From positions 1,292,570-1,356,569 of the forward strand of contig CAJFCJ010000019.1 in the NCBI GenBank assembly GCA_904063045.1: a DNA stretch of 64,000 nucleotides, in the 5' to 3' direction. The first letter of the stretch is position 1, and each line of letters starts with the position of its first letter. This document shows positions 37,654-50,428 of this stretch, piece after piece. The translations under genes and the position numbers were made by a program. The stretch is from Dimorphilus gyrociliatus (lineage: Eukaryota > Animalia > Annelida). The notes under the pieces were generated by a model. It saw only the letters and a list, made by a program, of their open reading frames with translations. It had not been told where the DNA came from and did no database searches.

Positions 37654-39263
37654 ATGGCTACGTCGGTAAATTTCATTACTTATAGCAATGTAACCAATAA
37701 GTTAACAGAATTGGCTAAAGATACACTGACATGGAAGATCGTCACTGGTGGAGGTCTACTATTGGTGGGAGGATACTATATTTTCCTAAAGGACAGAAAT
37801 TCACTTCCAGGACCAAGAGGATTTCCTTTTTTAGGAATTACTCCATGGCTTGACAAAGAAACGCCTCATTTAAATCTTATAGATTATACCAAAGAATATG
37901 GGGATGTTTGTAAAATACCCATTATGTTGAATGATATAATTTTCGTTTCTGGAGAAAAGAATATATACGATATGTACATTAACAAACAAGACGACTTCTC
38001 AAATAGACTCCATAGTGTAAGATTTAAGGCTTTAAAAAATGGCTTTCAAGATCTCACTTTTATGAATGACCATCAATTATTTAGAGATTCAAAGAAGATG
38101 ACTCTTAGATCTCTTAAAACCTATTCGGAGGGAATGAAAAAAGTAGAGGACATCTCTTCCGAAATAATAGGTGAATTTTTAGAATACATACAATCTACAC
38201 AATCCAAACCAGTAGATATTAGTAATAGATTAAAAGTTCTATTTGGTAGTATAATCACATCTATGACCCTAAATAGGAGAATTGAAAATTCTGTTATGGA
38301 GAAATTTGTAGCTGCATATGACGAAATTCTTATAATACTTCAATCTCCCTCAACTGCAATTTTAGAGGTATTTCCTTGGCTTAGAAGCTGTGGTAATAAG
38401 TCCTATAAAAAGTTGGTAAATTGCGCAAAAAGACGAGATAATCTAATAGAACCTATTGTTAGAGAGGCAATAGACAATTTTGATCCTCATGATATAAAAA
38501 CTACTACTGATCAACTTTGGCATTATATGAATCAATCAAATATAGATTATGATTTTAAAGATCTTTATGGTATTTCTTATAATTTGATTGTTGCCGGTTT
38601 CATTACAACTTCCTCGACATTGTATGGACTTTTTCCAATTCTAATGTCACATAGACATATTGAACAGAAGATTCTCCAAGAAATTGAACATAATATTGGT
38701 TTTAATCGTCTTCCATCACTCGATGATAAAGCTAATATGCCATACACGGAAGCCACAATATTGGAGGCTCATCGCTATCTATCTGTTGTACCTTTTAGTT
38801 TACCACATATAGCTGTAAGAGATTCGACAATTGGAGGTTATAATATAAAGAAGGGAAGTCAAATATGGCCAAATATTTGGGGTCTTCATCATGATGAAAC
38901 GATTTGGGGAGATCCTGAAAATTTCCGACCCGAAAGATTTTTGGATGATAATGGTCGTGTTCTAACAGCGGAACATCGATTCAGAAAATGGTAAGCGAAA
39001 TAAGTAAAATCTATAATATTGAACTATTGTTGACGAGTACTTTTAAGCACAGTCTTCTTCCATTCGGAGCGGGTAGGAGAGTATGTGTAGGTAAAAATCT
39101 TGCAAATAATCGATTATTCTTGTTTCTTTGTTCGATGTTACAAAGATTTGAAGTTAACCCGGAAGATGGTAAAACAGTTGAATGGGACTCAAAGCAGATG
39201 CGATTCGGTTTGCTTCTCACTCACAAACCGTACAAGATGTGTTTTACATCAAGAAATAATTAA
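37654..39263 (+). CDS. Cytochrome P450, clan-2-like, copy 3; exons 37654-38990, 39053-39263
   Basis: All P450 motifs intact; colinear with copy 2 at a constant offset of 3646 nt. Confidence 0.93.
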
Positions 39264-39537
39264 TTGTTGTTGATTAGGTGACGGTTTTTAGTAATAAATT
39301 AATTCTTATCATATGATAGTCATTTGTAGTTGTTCTATGCTCTAAAAATGGTTTTAATAGAAGAATGAGAAGTAACTTTCGGTCTAATATTTCTGATATT
39401 AGGCTGAATAGTATAGCTGAGATTTTTAGTGGTTTAATGAAACGTTAGTGCGCTTGTAGCTCGTGATTTTAAAAACTGGTGCAACAGACAATTTTACTTA
39501 GCTCGATTTAAAAATTTTTTTAAGATAAATAGACACT

Positions 39538-41082
39538 ATGGGTTTGCTGGGATATACTAATATGTATAATAACTTATCAACCCAGGTAAATGAATGGGTG
39601 GAAGATATACCAACATGGAAGATCGTCACTGGTGGAAGTTTGTTATTGATTGGAGGATATTATATTTTCTTCAAAGACAGATATTCACTTCCTGGACCAA
39701 GAGGGTATCCATTTTTAGGAATTGTTCCATGGCTTGATAAAGAAACACCTCATCTTAATCTTATCGATTATGCAAAAAAATACGGTAATGTTTGTAAAGT
39801 GTCTCTAATGACAGAAGATATCATACTTGTTTCCGGAGAAAAGAATATCTATGATGTACACATTAATAAACAAGACGATTTCGCAAATAGACTCCATAGT
39901 GTAAGGTTCGAAGCTGTATTGAATGGAGCAGACGACCTCGCTGTAATGAATGATAGTGAAAACTATAGAGAATCAAAGAAGATGACACTTAGATCTCTTA
40001 AAACCTAATCGGAGGGAATGAAAAAAGTAGAGGACATCTTTCCGAAATAATTGGTGAATTTTTAGAATACATACAATCTACACAATCCAAACCAGTAGAT
40101 ATTAGCGATAAACTAAAAATTCTATTTGGTAATATAATCATATCTATGACCCTAAATAGGAGAATTGAATCTTCTGTTATGGTGAAATTTGTTGCTACAT
40201 ATGAAGAAATTTTCAGACTAGTTCTTGCACCTTCTACTACAATTTTAGAAGCTTTTCCTTGGCTAAAATATTTCGGTAATAAGACTTATAAAAAATTGGT
40301 GACTTGTGCAACAATACGAGATAAGCTACTAATACCTGTTGTTAGAGAGGCAATAGACAATTTTGATCCTCATGATATAAAAACTACTACTGATCAACTT
40401 TGGCATTATATGAATCAATCAAATATAGATTATGATTTCAAACATCTTTATGGTATTACAATTGGCCTAATTGTTGCTGGTTTCATTACAACTTCTTCGA
40501 CATTGTATGGACTTTTGGTTTTAACCGTCTTCCATCACTCGATGATAAAGCTAATATGCCATACACAGAAGCTACAATATTGGAGGCTCATCGTTTTCTA
40601 ACTGTTGTACCTTTTAATATACCACATATAGCTGTTAGAAATTCGACAATTGGAGGTTATAATATAAAGAAGGGGAGTCAAATATGGCTAAACATTTGGG
40701 GTCTTCATCATGATGAAACTATTTGGGGAGATCCTGAAAATTTCCGACCCGAAAGATTTTTGGATGATAATGATCGTGTTCTAACAGCGGAACATCGATT
40801 CAGAAAATGGTAAGCGAAATAAGTAAAATCTATAATATTGAACTATTGTTGACGAGTACTTTTAACCACAGTCTTCTTCCATTCGGAACGGGTAGGAGAG
40901 TATGTGTAGGTAAAAATCTTGCAAATAATCGATTATTCTTGTTTCTTTGTTCGATGTTACAAAGATTTGAATTTAACCCGGAAGATGGTAAAACAGTTGA
41001 ATGGGACTCGAAGCAGATGCGATTCGGTTTGGCTCTCAGTCACAAACCCTATAAGATGCGTTTTACACCACGAAACAAATAA
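39538..41082 (+). pseudogene. Cytochrome P450 copy 4, disrupted
   Basis: TAT>TAA nonsense at 40006-40008; 1-nt deletion near 40039 (atctcttcc>atctttcc); 64-nt deletion near 40518 relative to copies 2/3; intron intact. Confidence 0.88.
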
Positions 41083-41705
41083 ATGTTATTGCTTTATTCA
41101 TAATCCTGATTTTTATTTATTATTGTTATGAATAGATTTATGTGAACTATGATCGAAATTTTAACTTTATCTTTCTTATCCTATCAGTATATCTATTTTT
41201 GTCCCGTTTATGTTTTGAACAATAACAAACATTTATAAAAGGTTCTATTAAGAAAGTAAAAGATTTATTACGTCGTCTACGAAATTATAATATTGTTTTG
41301 AACAAATATTTAAGAGAAGTTTTGAACAAAGTGTTTTATTGACAAGTAATACTTAATTTTCATTGAACATCTAACGATTTCGTATCAACAATAATATATT
41401 TTTGATTGTTTAATAAACAGTTAGCACAATTTAGTGTAATAGAAAGTTTCTCTTTCTTTTTCTTCCTTTAAAATGATTATAAACTGAAAGCTATTGAATA
41501 ATGCTTACAGTTTAGTTGTTCGTTTCAAATTGTTTTTTGATAAGTATTAAAGAAAATGAAATTAACGTTTGCGTTTAATCATTAAAGTTTTAAAAGTAAT
41601 AACTATATTTTTAAACTAATAAGGCAATCAATACAATTTAAAAAAAAATGTCCATCATCATAAACTATTTTGTTTTTTTTATACTTATTTGCATATTTAA
41701 ATTAA

Positions 41706-43528
41706 CTAGCTAGTATTTTTCTCTTCTGTTGGAAGCATATTTAATTGCCGATTGGTCTCATCAAGACTTCTACTTATATCACGTTCAATATCATTCCATA
41801 TATCGCTTGCATTCTCTTCTGCGTTATCAATTCTGATATTGTCCGTGACTTCAGCCTTTTGTAATCTAGCTTTTCTTGCCTTTCTTAATCTGGCTAATCT
41901 GTACTGAGCTGATAACATACCGACCGCCGCAACAAATGCGGCAATTATACTGCAATATAGAAGAAGCGACATTAGTCCCTTTTTTGATTTGTATGCATAG
42001 ATGTATCCAGCAATCCATGGTAAAACCATTGATCCACCTGCCGATGCAACAAAAGTTAAAGATGTTGTTAAAACGTTTATTTTCATTTTTGAGTTTGCCC
42101 AGTTTAGCCAGGCCGGAAATATCGGTGATAGAGTCATTGCAAAAAGGCAAGAAAATATCCATAAAATTGTTTTGAATCTAGAGGCATAGGCTACAAGAAT
42201 TGCACAGCATATTATACAAGAACCAAGGCACCAGGTTAGAATAGAACTCGAGTGGATGCATCTTGAAAAGACTAGAGATATACCTCTACCCGCCGTGAAA
42301 CTAGCCCAGAAACACGTTTCAAGAAGTGTACCCTCTCCAATTTCGAAGGATGTTACTTCTCTGGCATAAGCAAATAAGAACTTGCCTATGACCCGTTCAG
42401 CACCAATAGGAAGTGGACAAAATGTAAAAAGAAAAGTTAGCATGATACAAGCTAAAGGAAAATCTCCTTCAGTCCAACTTTTAGGCTTATACCAATTCTT
42501 ATCAAATGTAAATTGGTTTCTATGTAAATCATAATCGTCAGCTCTCCAAGCACTATCTTTTCTTGACTTTCGGAAAAAGGTTAAAAACATGAGAGCTACA
42601 ATAAATGTTAAACATGAGGCGATAGCGAATGGATACTCCAGCGAAGCAGACCACCCATCCTCAAAAGTTACAGAAACATCATTCGACGTTACAGTTTGAT
42701 TGGACATGTCGTGATTTTCACGGTCGAGAATAAATGGACGAACAAGTTGGGGAGCGATCAGCGCCCCCACCCCAAAAGCGAAATGTAGAGAATAAGTAGG
42801 AGTTGCAGCCCTATCTTTCCATAATCTTATAATAAATCCATTGCCCCCGGAAGCTAGTACCCCTTTGCCGCAACCGTCGAGGGAAAACATGGCTCCTAAC
42901 ATTGGTAAATTTGTACAAAGGGGAGCCATGGCAGTACCTATCCCAGCCACACCAAGTGCAATGGCCAAAACGAGATCTGTGTACTTGGCGAATGCTTCGC
43001 AGACTATTCCACCTGTTAGTGCTCCTATAAGAAAGCCTAAGCCCCTAGCTACAAGAACCCTAGATATTTCTTCGTAGTTTGCTTTTACTCTAGCTCTTAA
43101 GTAGGGCAAGGCTGGTGCACAAATCTCTGAAAACAAACCCTATAAATAAAGAACAGCGTTGAATTAAAATTGAAAATCGAGTAAAAATAGCATTAAATTC
43201 TGAAGTTTCGTATTACTAATTGATAAATTAGGCTCACCATACAAATCCAAGCAAGTATCATTGTAATTGTTTTAATCATTCTAACTTTTTTCCTACGCTT
43301 CTCTTTCTTTCTATTTTCCGTCGCTTCTTTAGACAATATTTTAACTTCAACTTTTTCCTCTTCTACTTTCGGTCGACTTGGCGGTCTTTTAAGTGACATA
43401 GTAGTACCATTCGAATAAACAGGAGTTTGTCTAGCACTAAATCTTACTGGTAGATGTGGTACCCGTCTTGGAATAACTGCTAAAGGTTTCCTTACGGGGA
43501 TTCTTATGTGAGGATGGTAATCGCTCAT
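41706..43528 (-). CDS. Major facilitator superfamily transporter, MFSD4/NAGLT1-like; exons 43528-43238, 43139-41706
   Basis: AWICM|GLFSEICAPALPYL TM1; YSLHFAFGVGALIAP; FWASFTAGRGIS; SPIFP; about 12 hydrophobic segments; basic N-terminal extension. Confidence 0.88.
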
Positions 43529-43825
43529 GATTGGCTACTCTCCGGTAAAATTTCTTCGGATAAACTATTTTAACGCTATGCTCAATCCGTGAGAATGATT
43601 GCATTTGACAAACAATTTAATTAAAAAAAAAAAACCGAAATTTGATCGAAGCGCACCGCCCGGAAATTGTTATCTGTCACGTGATCGTATCTATGGTAAG
43701 GCCTACACTGCATATCAGCCCATGCCACACCTCCATATATATTTCAGAGCAGACTGAGTTTTTGGCATTTTTTTTACTTTCATAAAGAGATTAGCGGAAT
43801 TTTTCAACGTTTATTTAATTAAGAA
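43529..43825. promoter_or_regulatory. 297-bp bidirectional promoter region MFS/TLCD with GTCACGTGAT (43676-43685)
   Basis: Divergent ATGs; 9/10 match to the CLEAR/USF palindrome; nearby GC-rich gcgcaccgcccggaa. Confidence 0.6.
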
Positions 43826-44677
43826 ATGAGTGGCACAGAGTCTCCTGTAGAACCTATTCCAATTAAATATTGCTTCACTGGAGTAATTTGCAGTTTATTT
43901 TGCTTCCAGTATGTTCACAAACAATTATCAACGAACTCTAAAAGTAAGACATGGGAATGGAATAACATATTTGTATCATTTCTTCATGCTGCTTTTGCCG
44001 GTCTATGGACGATAATTTGGTAAGTTTTGTGTGGTAAAACCTTCAATACCGGCCTTTTTTGTCTTGCGCTGTCTTATTTTACAACGACGCCATACTGACC
44101 TCGTTCAGGTGTTTCTTTTTTTTCCAGCTTAATAAGGGAGCCACAAATCTTCTTTAATCCGATCGACCATTTTTCTGTCAATTCATATGTTTTGGTTACA
44201 TTTTCCACGGGATATTTTATCCACGACGCTTATGATCTAATTTCGGCAGGAAAAGCGTATAAAAACTGGGAGTTGATTATACACCATGCCATCTTAACAT
44301 TGATGTTCTTCTATAACCTATTTACGTGCAAATGTATAGGCTACAACATACTGGTATTAAGTGTTGAAATCAATAGTACATTTCTACATAGTCGAAAGCT
44401 AATGCAACTTGGAAAAGTCCCCTTCAATTCATTAATCTATAGGATTAACAGCTGGTTGAACCTTGGCACATTTGTCGTTTTTAGATTTGGAATTCTATTT
44501 CATATATGTGGTGGCTTATTACTCTGGAGAGAAAAAGTATCTACTGTTTATTACGTTTCGATATTCTTTTCGAACGTTGTTATGATAATAATGAACACAA
44601 TTCTATTTGGACGTCTTATTAAATCAGACGTATTAAGATCTACGACGAAGTCGTCAAAAACTGAAAAATTGATGTAA
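43826..44677 (+). CDS. TLC-domain membrane protein, TLCD1/TLCD2-like; exons 43826-44019, 44128-44677
   Basis: WNNIFVSFLHA; FSTGYFIHDAYD; ELIIHH; LSVEINSTFLHSRKL; TFVVFRF. Confidence 0.88.
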
Positions 44678-45431
44678 TGATAAAAAGAAAAACAAGCAAA
44701 AGATTGATGATTTGTAAGATAATCGATCAGATAGGTTTGAACATTTACTTGATTCATTTTTTTCAGACTATTTTGTTACCAGTTTATATTCATTTTTTAA
44801 TTACTCTTGTTAATTCTATGCTAATGATATCATTTTAGAATAGCTGCCAATTCTTAATTTCAACGTCGTATTTGAACATCGAGGGAAAAAACACTAAAAA
44901 ATATAGGTTTATTACTTTTATTATCTTTCCCTCTTTTTACTTTTTTTTAAACTGGAAACAGAACGACTATAATAAGGTTAATAAGAAAAGAACATTTGTA
45001 AAAAAAAAGCAAAAAACTTATGTACATTTAATCATATGAAATATTGAACAAAAATTAGGATTGATTTTTTTTAATACACCTCTAAGGAAAGCAAAGAATG
45101 AAAATCGATAGGAAAAATCGAAATAATTAATTTTCCTGATTAGTCTCTGTTTATAAAATCCTACTTATATATTCTATATTATTGTACTTTTTGTATTTCT
45201 TTTTCGTTAAAATATTTGAAAACAATGTTCAATTACAAGCCAAAACTAAACCTCATTTAGATTGGAGAACAGAGTCAAACCTATTTTAGTCTTTTTTTTC
45301 ATGTTACAATTGAAAAATACAAAACTTGAATGATACTGTTATTATTGTTATTATTATTATTATTATTACAAAAATCAACTTTTTACTTATAAGAGCGTGT
45401 TTTCTTCAAAGAAAATTATGAACGGAAACTA

Positions 45432-45444
45432 CTAGCGCCATCTA
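45432..45444 (-). promoter_or_regulatory. CTCF-like motif TAGATGGCGCTAG between convergent genes
   Basis: Matches the YAGRKGGCRSTA core of the CTCF consensus; isolated GC-rich word in very AT-rich DNA. Motif match only. Confidence 0.4.
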
Positions 45445-45663
45445 ACAAATACATTTTGTTAATTAAATATTTGATGAAAACCGTGTCTATAAATTTTTAT
45501 TTTTAACATTCATATTTGATTTATAATTATGTACAATTTATCCATGTTCGGTTATGGCAACCACATCAATCATAACGCCAAACTTTACAAAAAAAACAAC
45601 CACATTTGTATGTTCTATACTAATTTGACATCCATCCGACCACGAGGGAAACATTTTTTATTC

Positions 45664-46723
45664 TTATAAAGAAGAGAAACGATCCGTAGGTGTCATATTT
45701 GTTGGGGACGGAGGACTTGATTCTAACGATGAGAGTAGAATTGAATCACTGGTCGCTTTCTTCATTTGTTCAAATTGAACAAGGAGTGAGCCATAACCTT
45801 CGTCGTCTTTTAAATTTTTCTTTAATTTTTTAAGAGAAGAGGAGCATTGGCAGGTTTCAGCGTCGTCCTCAACTTCACTTGCGCAAGCTAATCGGGGTGC
45901 AGTCTGCTCTGTAAAAGATTCAATAGAATTTGTGCGGCTCAAATTATACATTGTTTGGTCTTCTAATTGCTTTATGTATAATTTCTTTAGTGTTTGGTTC
46001 AGCTTTTCTTCTTCTTCCAGCCGTTCCAACAGCACCTTGTAATCATCACTTAAAGTCCTATAGGCGAGCAATGTTGACATAACGCCGGTAGATAATTGCG
46101 CCATATGCGCTTCGTTTTTGTGACGAGACCGCTCGATATCGAGAATAACAGCTGCTTTCTCGGCTTCAGCTTGTCTTAGACGTTCTGCTGATTCTGTTCG
46201 TTCTTCGCATAAAAGAGCTTGCATGTGACGCAAACGATTTTCCTTCGCACTGAGTTCGTCTTGAAGAAACTTTGCTTTTTGATATAGATGACGTCTTTGT
46301 GAATAAAGTCTTCCAACTTGTTCTTCCAAGCGAGCAACATTGATTCTTTCCTCCTTTATCATACCTCTTAACTGTACTAATTCTGCTTCTAACCTAACCT
46401 ATAAAAAGACAATAACGAAATATTATATTAGTATAAACTTTGACTTTGGTTTTTAGGTTCGAATATAAAAATAACCTTTTCGCTTATTTTACGATCCTTC
46501 TTACTCAATTTTCCACTTCTCTTTGAAGCGGTTGATTGACTAAGATTGCTCGCCGATGTTGTTGGTAAACATAAATTTCGGTTTCGGGCGACCAGCCAAC
46601 TTTTATCTAGACAAGACGGCGGGTGCAGTTCAATTTGATCAACAATCGATCTGTGAGGCAAAAATAAAGCTATATACGTAAATTTCAAAAACTATAATAC
46701 ACGTCTTCTTACCTATTCGACAT
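45664..46723 (-). CDS. Uncharacterised coiled-coil protein (about 305 aa); proposed exons 46723-46713, 46650-46476, 46398-45664
   Basis: Heptad-rich 232-aa ORF extended by in-frame GT-AG introns of 62 and 77 nt to MSNR|SIVDQIEL. No family recognised; first exon tentative. Confidence 0.7.
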
Positions 46724-47917
46724 TTTCTTATTCTTGTGAAAGAGATTTCAGATGCGTATATGATATTTTAATCATGTTGAGTTTATTAGCAGAATTATGA
46801 ATATTTTCCGATTAAAATGCTCAATTTTGAGAGTAAATAATAGAATGTGTTATAAAAAATAAAAACCAAGCTATTTTCTCTGAACGATCTCGAAATTCAC
46901 GACGGTTGGTAGTATAGAGTGGCAATAGTATGTGAATTCTTTTTATCTGTAGACATGGACGTAATTTACAGGTATTACTAAATATATGGTGGAGGCGCGA
47001 TGTGCAATTGTTCACCAATTCTAAAAGCATTTTGATCAAGATCGCTGTTAGCTAAACTACATAGCCCTCTTTTAAAAAAATACCTTTTGTTAACTAGAGA
47101 TGAAAGAGATTTATTTTACTGATTTATAGTTTCATATTTCCTATTAATCAAAGAATATAATATTTAAAACTTGAAAATAAATCGTTGCAAGTGTTTTAAA
47201 TTTAACATTATATATATAAATTACAATATAGTGAAAAACAGTTCATTGTTATTTTGAGCAATATGCATGACAGCGAATTTATTTAAACAAAATAATTCTC
47301 CTATCATTAAATTCGCCTTTTAGTCATACCAAAATCGATTTTTCGTTGTAAATTGACATAAAAATAATAAGTAAATTAAGAAATAATAAATAAAATAACA
47401 GAATAACTAAAATAAAAAAATAAGCAATAAAATTAGAATAATTTTAAAATATAAGAAAAATTTAATACGACAATTTTTATAAAAAAAACCTCATTGATTA
47501 AGTTTGTCGGAGCATGAGCCTTTCTTAAGGCCACGATCTCAGATTTACAATAATGCTCTAAAAATATGAGTTCTATCTTATGATATAATATGAAATAAGG
47601 CCTATATGTGTCTAAACATATATATTTAAGTATATACATATTTGTTATATGTATATGCATACATGTTGATAAATATGCTTGTTTACAGATATACGTATAT
47701 TATTTTCAATAAGTACATTAATATCGTATAAGAAAGGAGAATGACACGAAAGGACTGATAAGGTTTTAGACGAATTGTTACGGTAACAGCACATTTTGTT
47801 ACATATTTCTATTTATATATTACTAGCTTTATATTTAGATAAAATACATTTTTCACAAAATGGTATACGAAATAATACTATTAAATAATAATATTTTATA
47901 GAATCACATTTTGCTAA

Positions 47918-50257
47918 ATGATCACTCGAACAAGACTAAATTCAACTTCTTCAGACGAGGATTGCATACTCCTGTTTCGGAGATTATGCATTAGAATTTT
48001 AAGATCTCGGAAGCTTTCAATTTGCATTTGTGGGCTGGTTGTATTTTGGGTATGCTCAGCCTTTGTTCTGGTTCCTGTTGGAGATTCTGTAAATAAATAT
48101 GAAAAAGATGTAAGTTGTAAACAAATATCAAGCAAATAATAATATAATAAGTTAAAATACATTTTATAATATTCAACAAGATTTATCATAAAACGGAAAA
48201 TATCGTCCTGCCAAAAGGTTCAATAATTGTTAATAGTTAGTATATCTATTTACTTGTTATCATAATATTTTTATTGAGGCAATTAATTTTACTATTGTTT
48301 AATAGAAACCCAATTGGATAGATTGTTAAATCGAATAAATGAATTGGAACAAAAATTGAAAGAAGTACCAACTTCAACCAAGGCACCAGTTACTGAGAAG
48401 AAGGACAATCATATCAATGCTGATGTATCAGAAACTTCTTGTGATGCTCCAAACGATCAATCCTTTCCTGATTGTCAGGCGAAAATTTCTTGGATGAAAA
48501 TTCATTGGAGAAGTGATAAATGTTACTCAGAACATGGCGTAGATGGTACAATGTGTTCGTTCCGAAAATATTTATCAGAAGTAGAGTGGTTTTGTCCTCT
48601 ATTACCGGGAAGAAAAAGATTTCAATCTGATGATAATCAAAATGTAAATAAAGCAAAATGGAATCCAGATATGGAAGGATTAATGCAACTCCTTCAAGAA
48701 AAGGGATCCAGGGTAACTCTTGGCTGGATAAAACAGCGTATTAAGGGAATGTGGTCTAAATGGCAACAAGCTGTTAATACTTTTCATAATAGAACCATTG
48801 AAGTTGGTCCAAGATTAAAAATCTTACTCCATCTAGGCTTACTGACGAAGCAATCTAATTTCAAGATTGCTGAATTACAATTCAAAGGGGGCCCTTTGGG
48901 TGAATTAGTCCAATGGGCAGATATTATAAGTTCACTTTATGTTATGGGGCACAATATCCAAATAACTACAGAAGTAAATCAATTGCAGAGAGCGTTAGGT
49001 GGCACGAGTCATGCTTCTAGTTGTCCACCTGTGCCAGGTAGATCATCAAATGAAGCAGAGATTATATACACCGATATAGCAGGCTTAAAACAGCTGAAAA
49101 AAATTATTAAAGGTGGTTACGGCCAGGTTCGTTGTAAATTACGAATTGTCGATTCTTTTGGAACAGAGCCAGCTTATAATCATGAGGGTTATGCAAAAAG
49201 TCATAGACAATTCAAATCAGCCTGGGCTATGCATAACCTCAATCCAAGACAATTTTTTACAATGTTTCCCCATTCCGACGATAACTCCTTTATGGGATTT
49301 GTTGTTGATATGCCAGTCTTTTCGACTCCGATTCCTGAAAAAGAAAATATAGCATTAGTATATGGCAAGCATGAAAACTATTGGGGTACCAAAGAAAAAT
49401 ATCTTGAGGTATTTAAAAAGTATTTAGATGTTCATGGTACTGTTTTTGTACCTAACCCACCTTCAAAAATCATCCCAAGTTGGGTTCAAAATCATGGTTT
49501 ACTTAAAGCTACTGATTTAATGACTCTCCTTCAAAGATCAAAGGTCTTCGTTGGCTTAGGCTTTCCATATGAGGGACCAAATCCACTGGAAGCCGTAGCA
49601 GCTGGAGCAATCTTCATTCAACCCAAGTTTAATCCACCTCACTCCTCTTTAAACAAACCATTTTTTAAGGGAAAGCCTACTTCTAGGGCTTTGTCGAGTC
49701 AACATCCCTATGCTGAAGAATTTATAGGCGAACCTCATGTTTTTACTGTTGATATAGATAATAAAGAGGAGTTAGAATTAACTATAAAAAATGCTTTAAA
49801 GGCTCACGAAGAGAAGAGGGTGTACCCTTATCTTCCTAAAGAATTTACACCTGAAGGAATGATAGAAAGGCTATCTGCCTTCTTAAATCATCAAGATTTC
49901 TGTTCGCCATCTCGGTTAAGATGGCCACCTGATTCTTCTGTTCAATTGTTAATGAGTGAAAAGGGACAGAGCTGTTCTGAAGTCTGCAGAAAACATAAAA
50001 GGATATGTGAAGCAAGCCATTTCGAGCGTTTAAATACAGAACAATCTTTGAAAAATATATTGGGCACCTCATGTCGTTCAGTCAGGAGGGAAGAGGATAT
50101 TTTTTATCCGGCCTTCCAACCATCCTCCTCTGTTTGTATTTTACAAAGAACACCGTTATTATTCAGTTGTGTAGGAGCTAAACATGATCTTGTGAGATTT
50201 TGTCCATGTAGAGATTTTATATCTGGACAAACTGCTCTTTGTTCTCAGTGTATTTGA
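47918..50257 (+). CDS. MGAT5: Alpha-1,6-mannosylglycoprotein 6-beta-N-acetylglucosaminyltransferase (GnT-V); exons 47918-48109, 48181-48217, 48306-50257
   Basis: Type II TM; FPDCQAKISWMK..W; CSFRKYLSEVEWFCP; GGPLGELVQW; DSFGTEPAYN; GLGFPYEGP; LSSQHPYAE; C-terminal CPCRDFISGQTALC. Confidence 0.95.
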
Positions 50258-50428
50258 TATATAGTTGAAACCGATCTTTCATATTTATTATGATTATAAT
50301 TAACATTATTTAAAAGTTCTGTGATATAACATTTCTGTTTGCTGCAAGTTTAAAGTACTTGTCCAATTGACGACATGTAAAAGAAAAAATAAAATTTAAT
50401 AACATAGAAATTAATATCACAGCCAATT

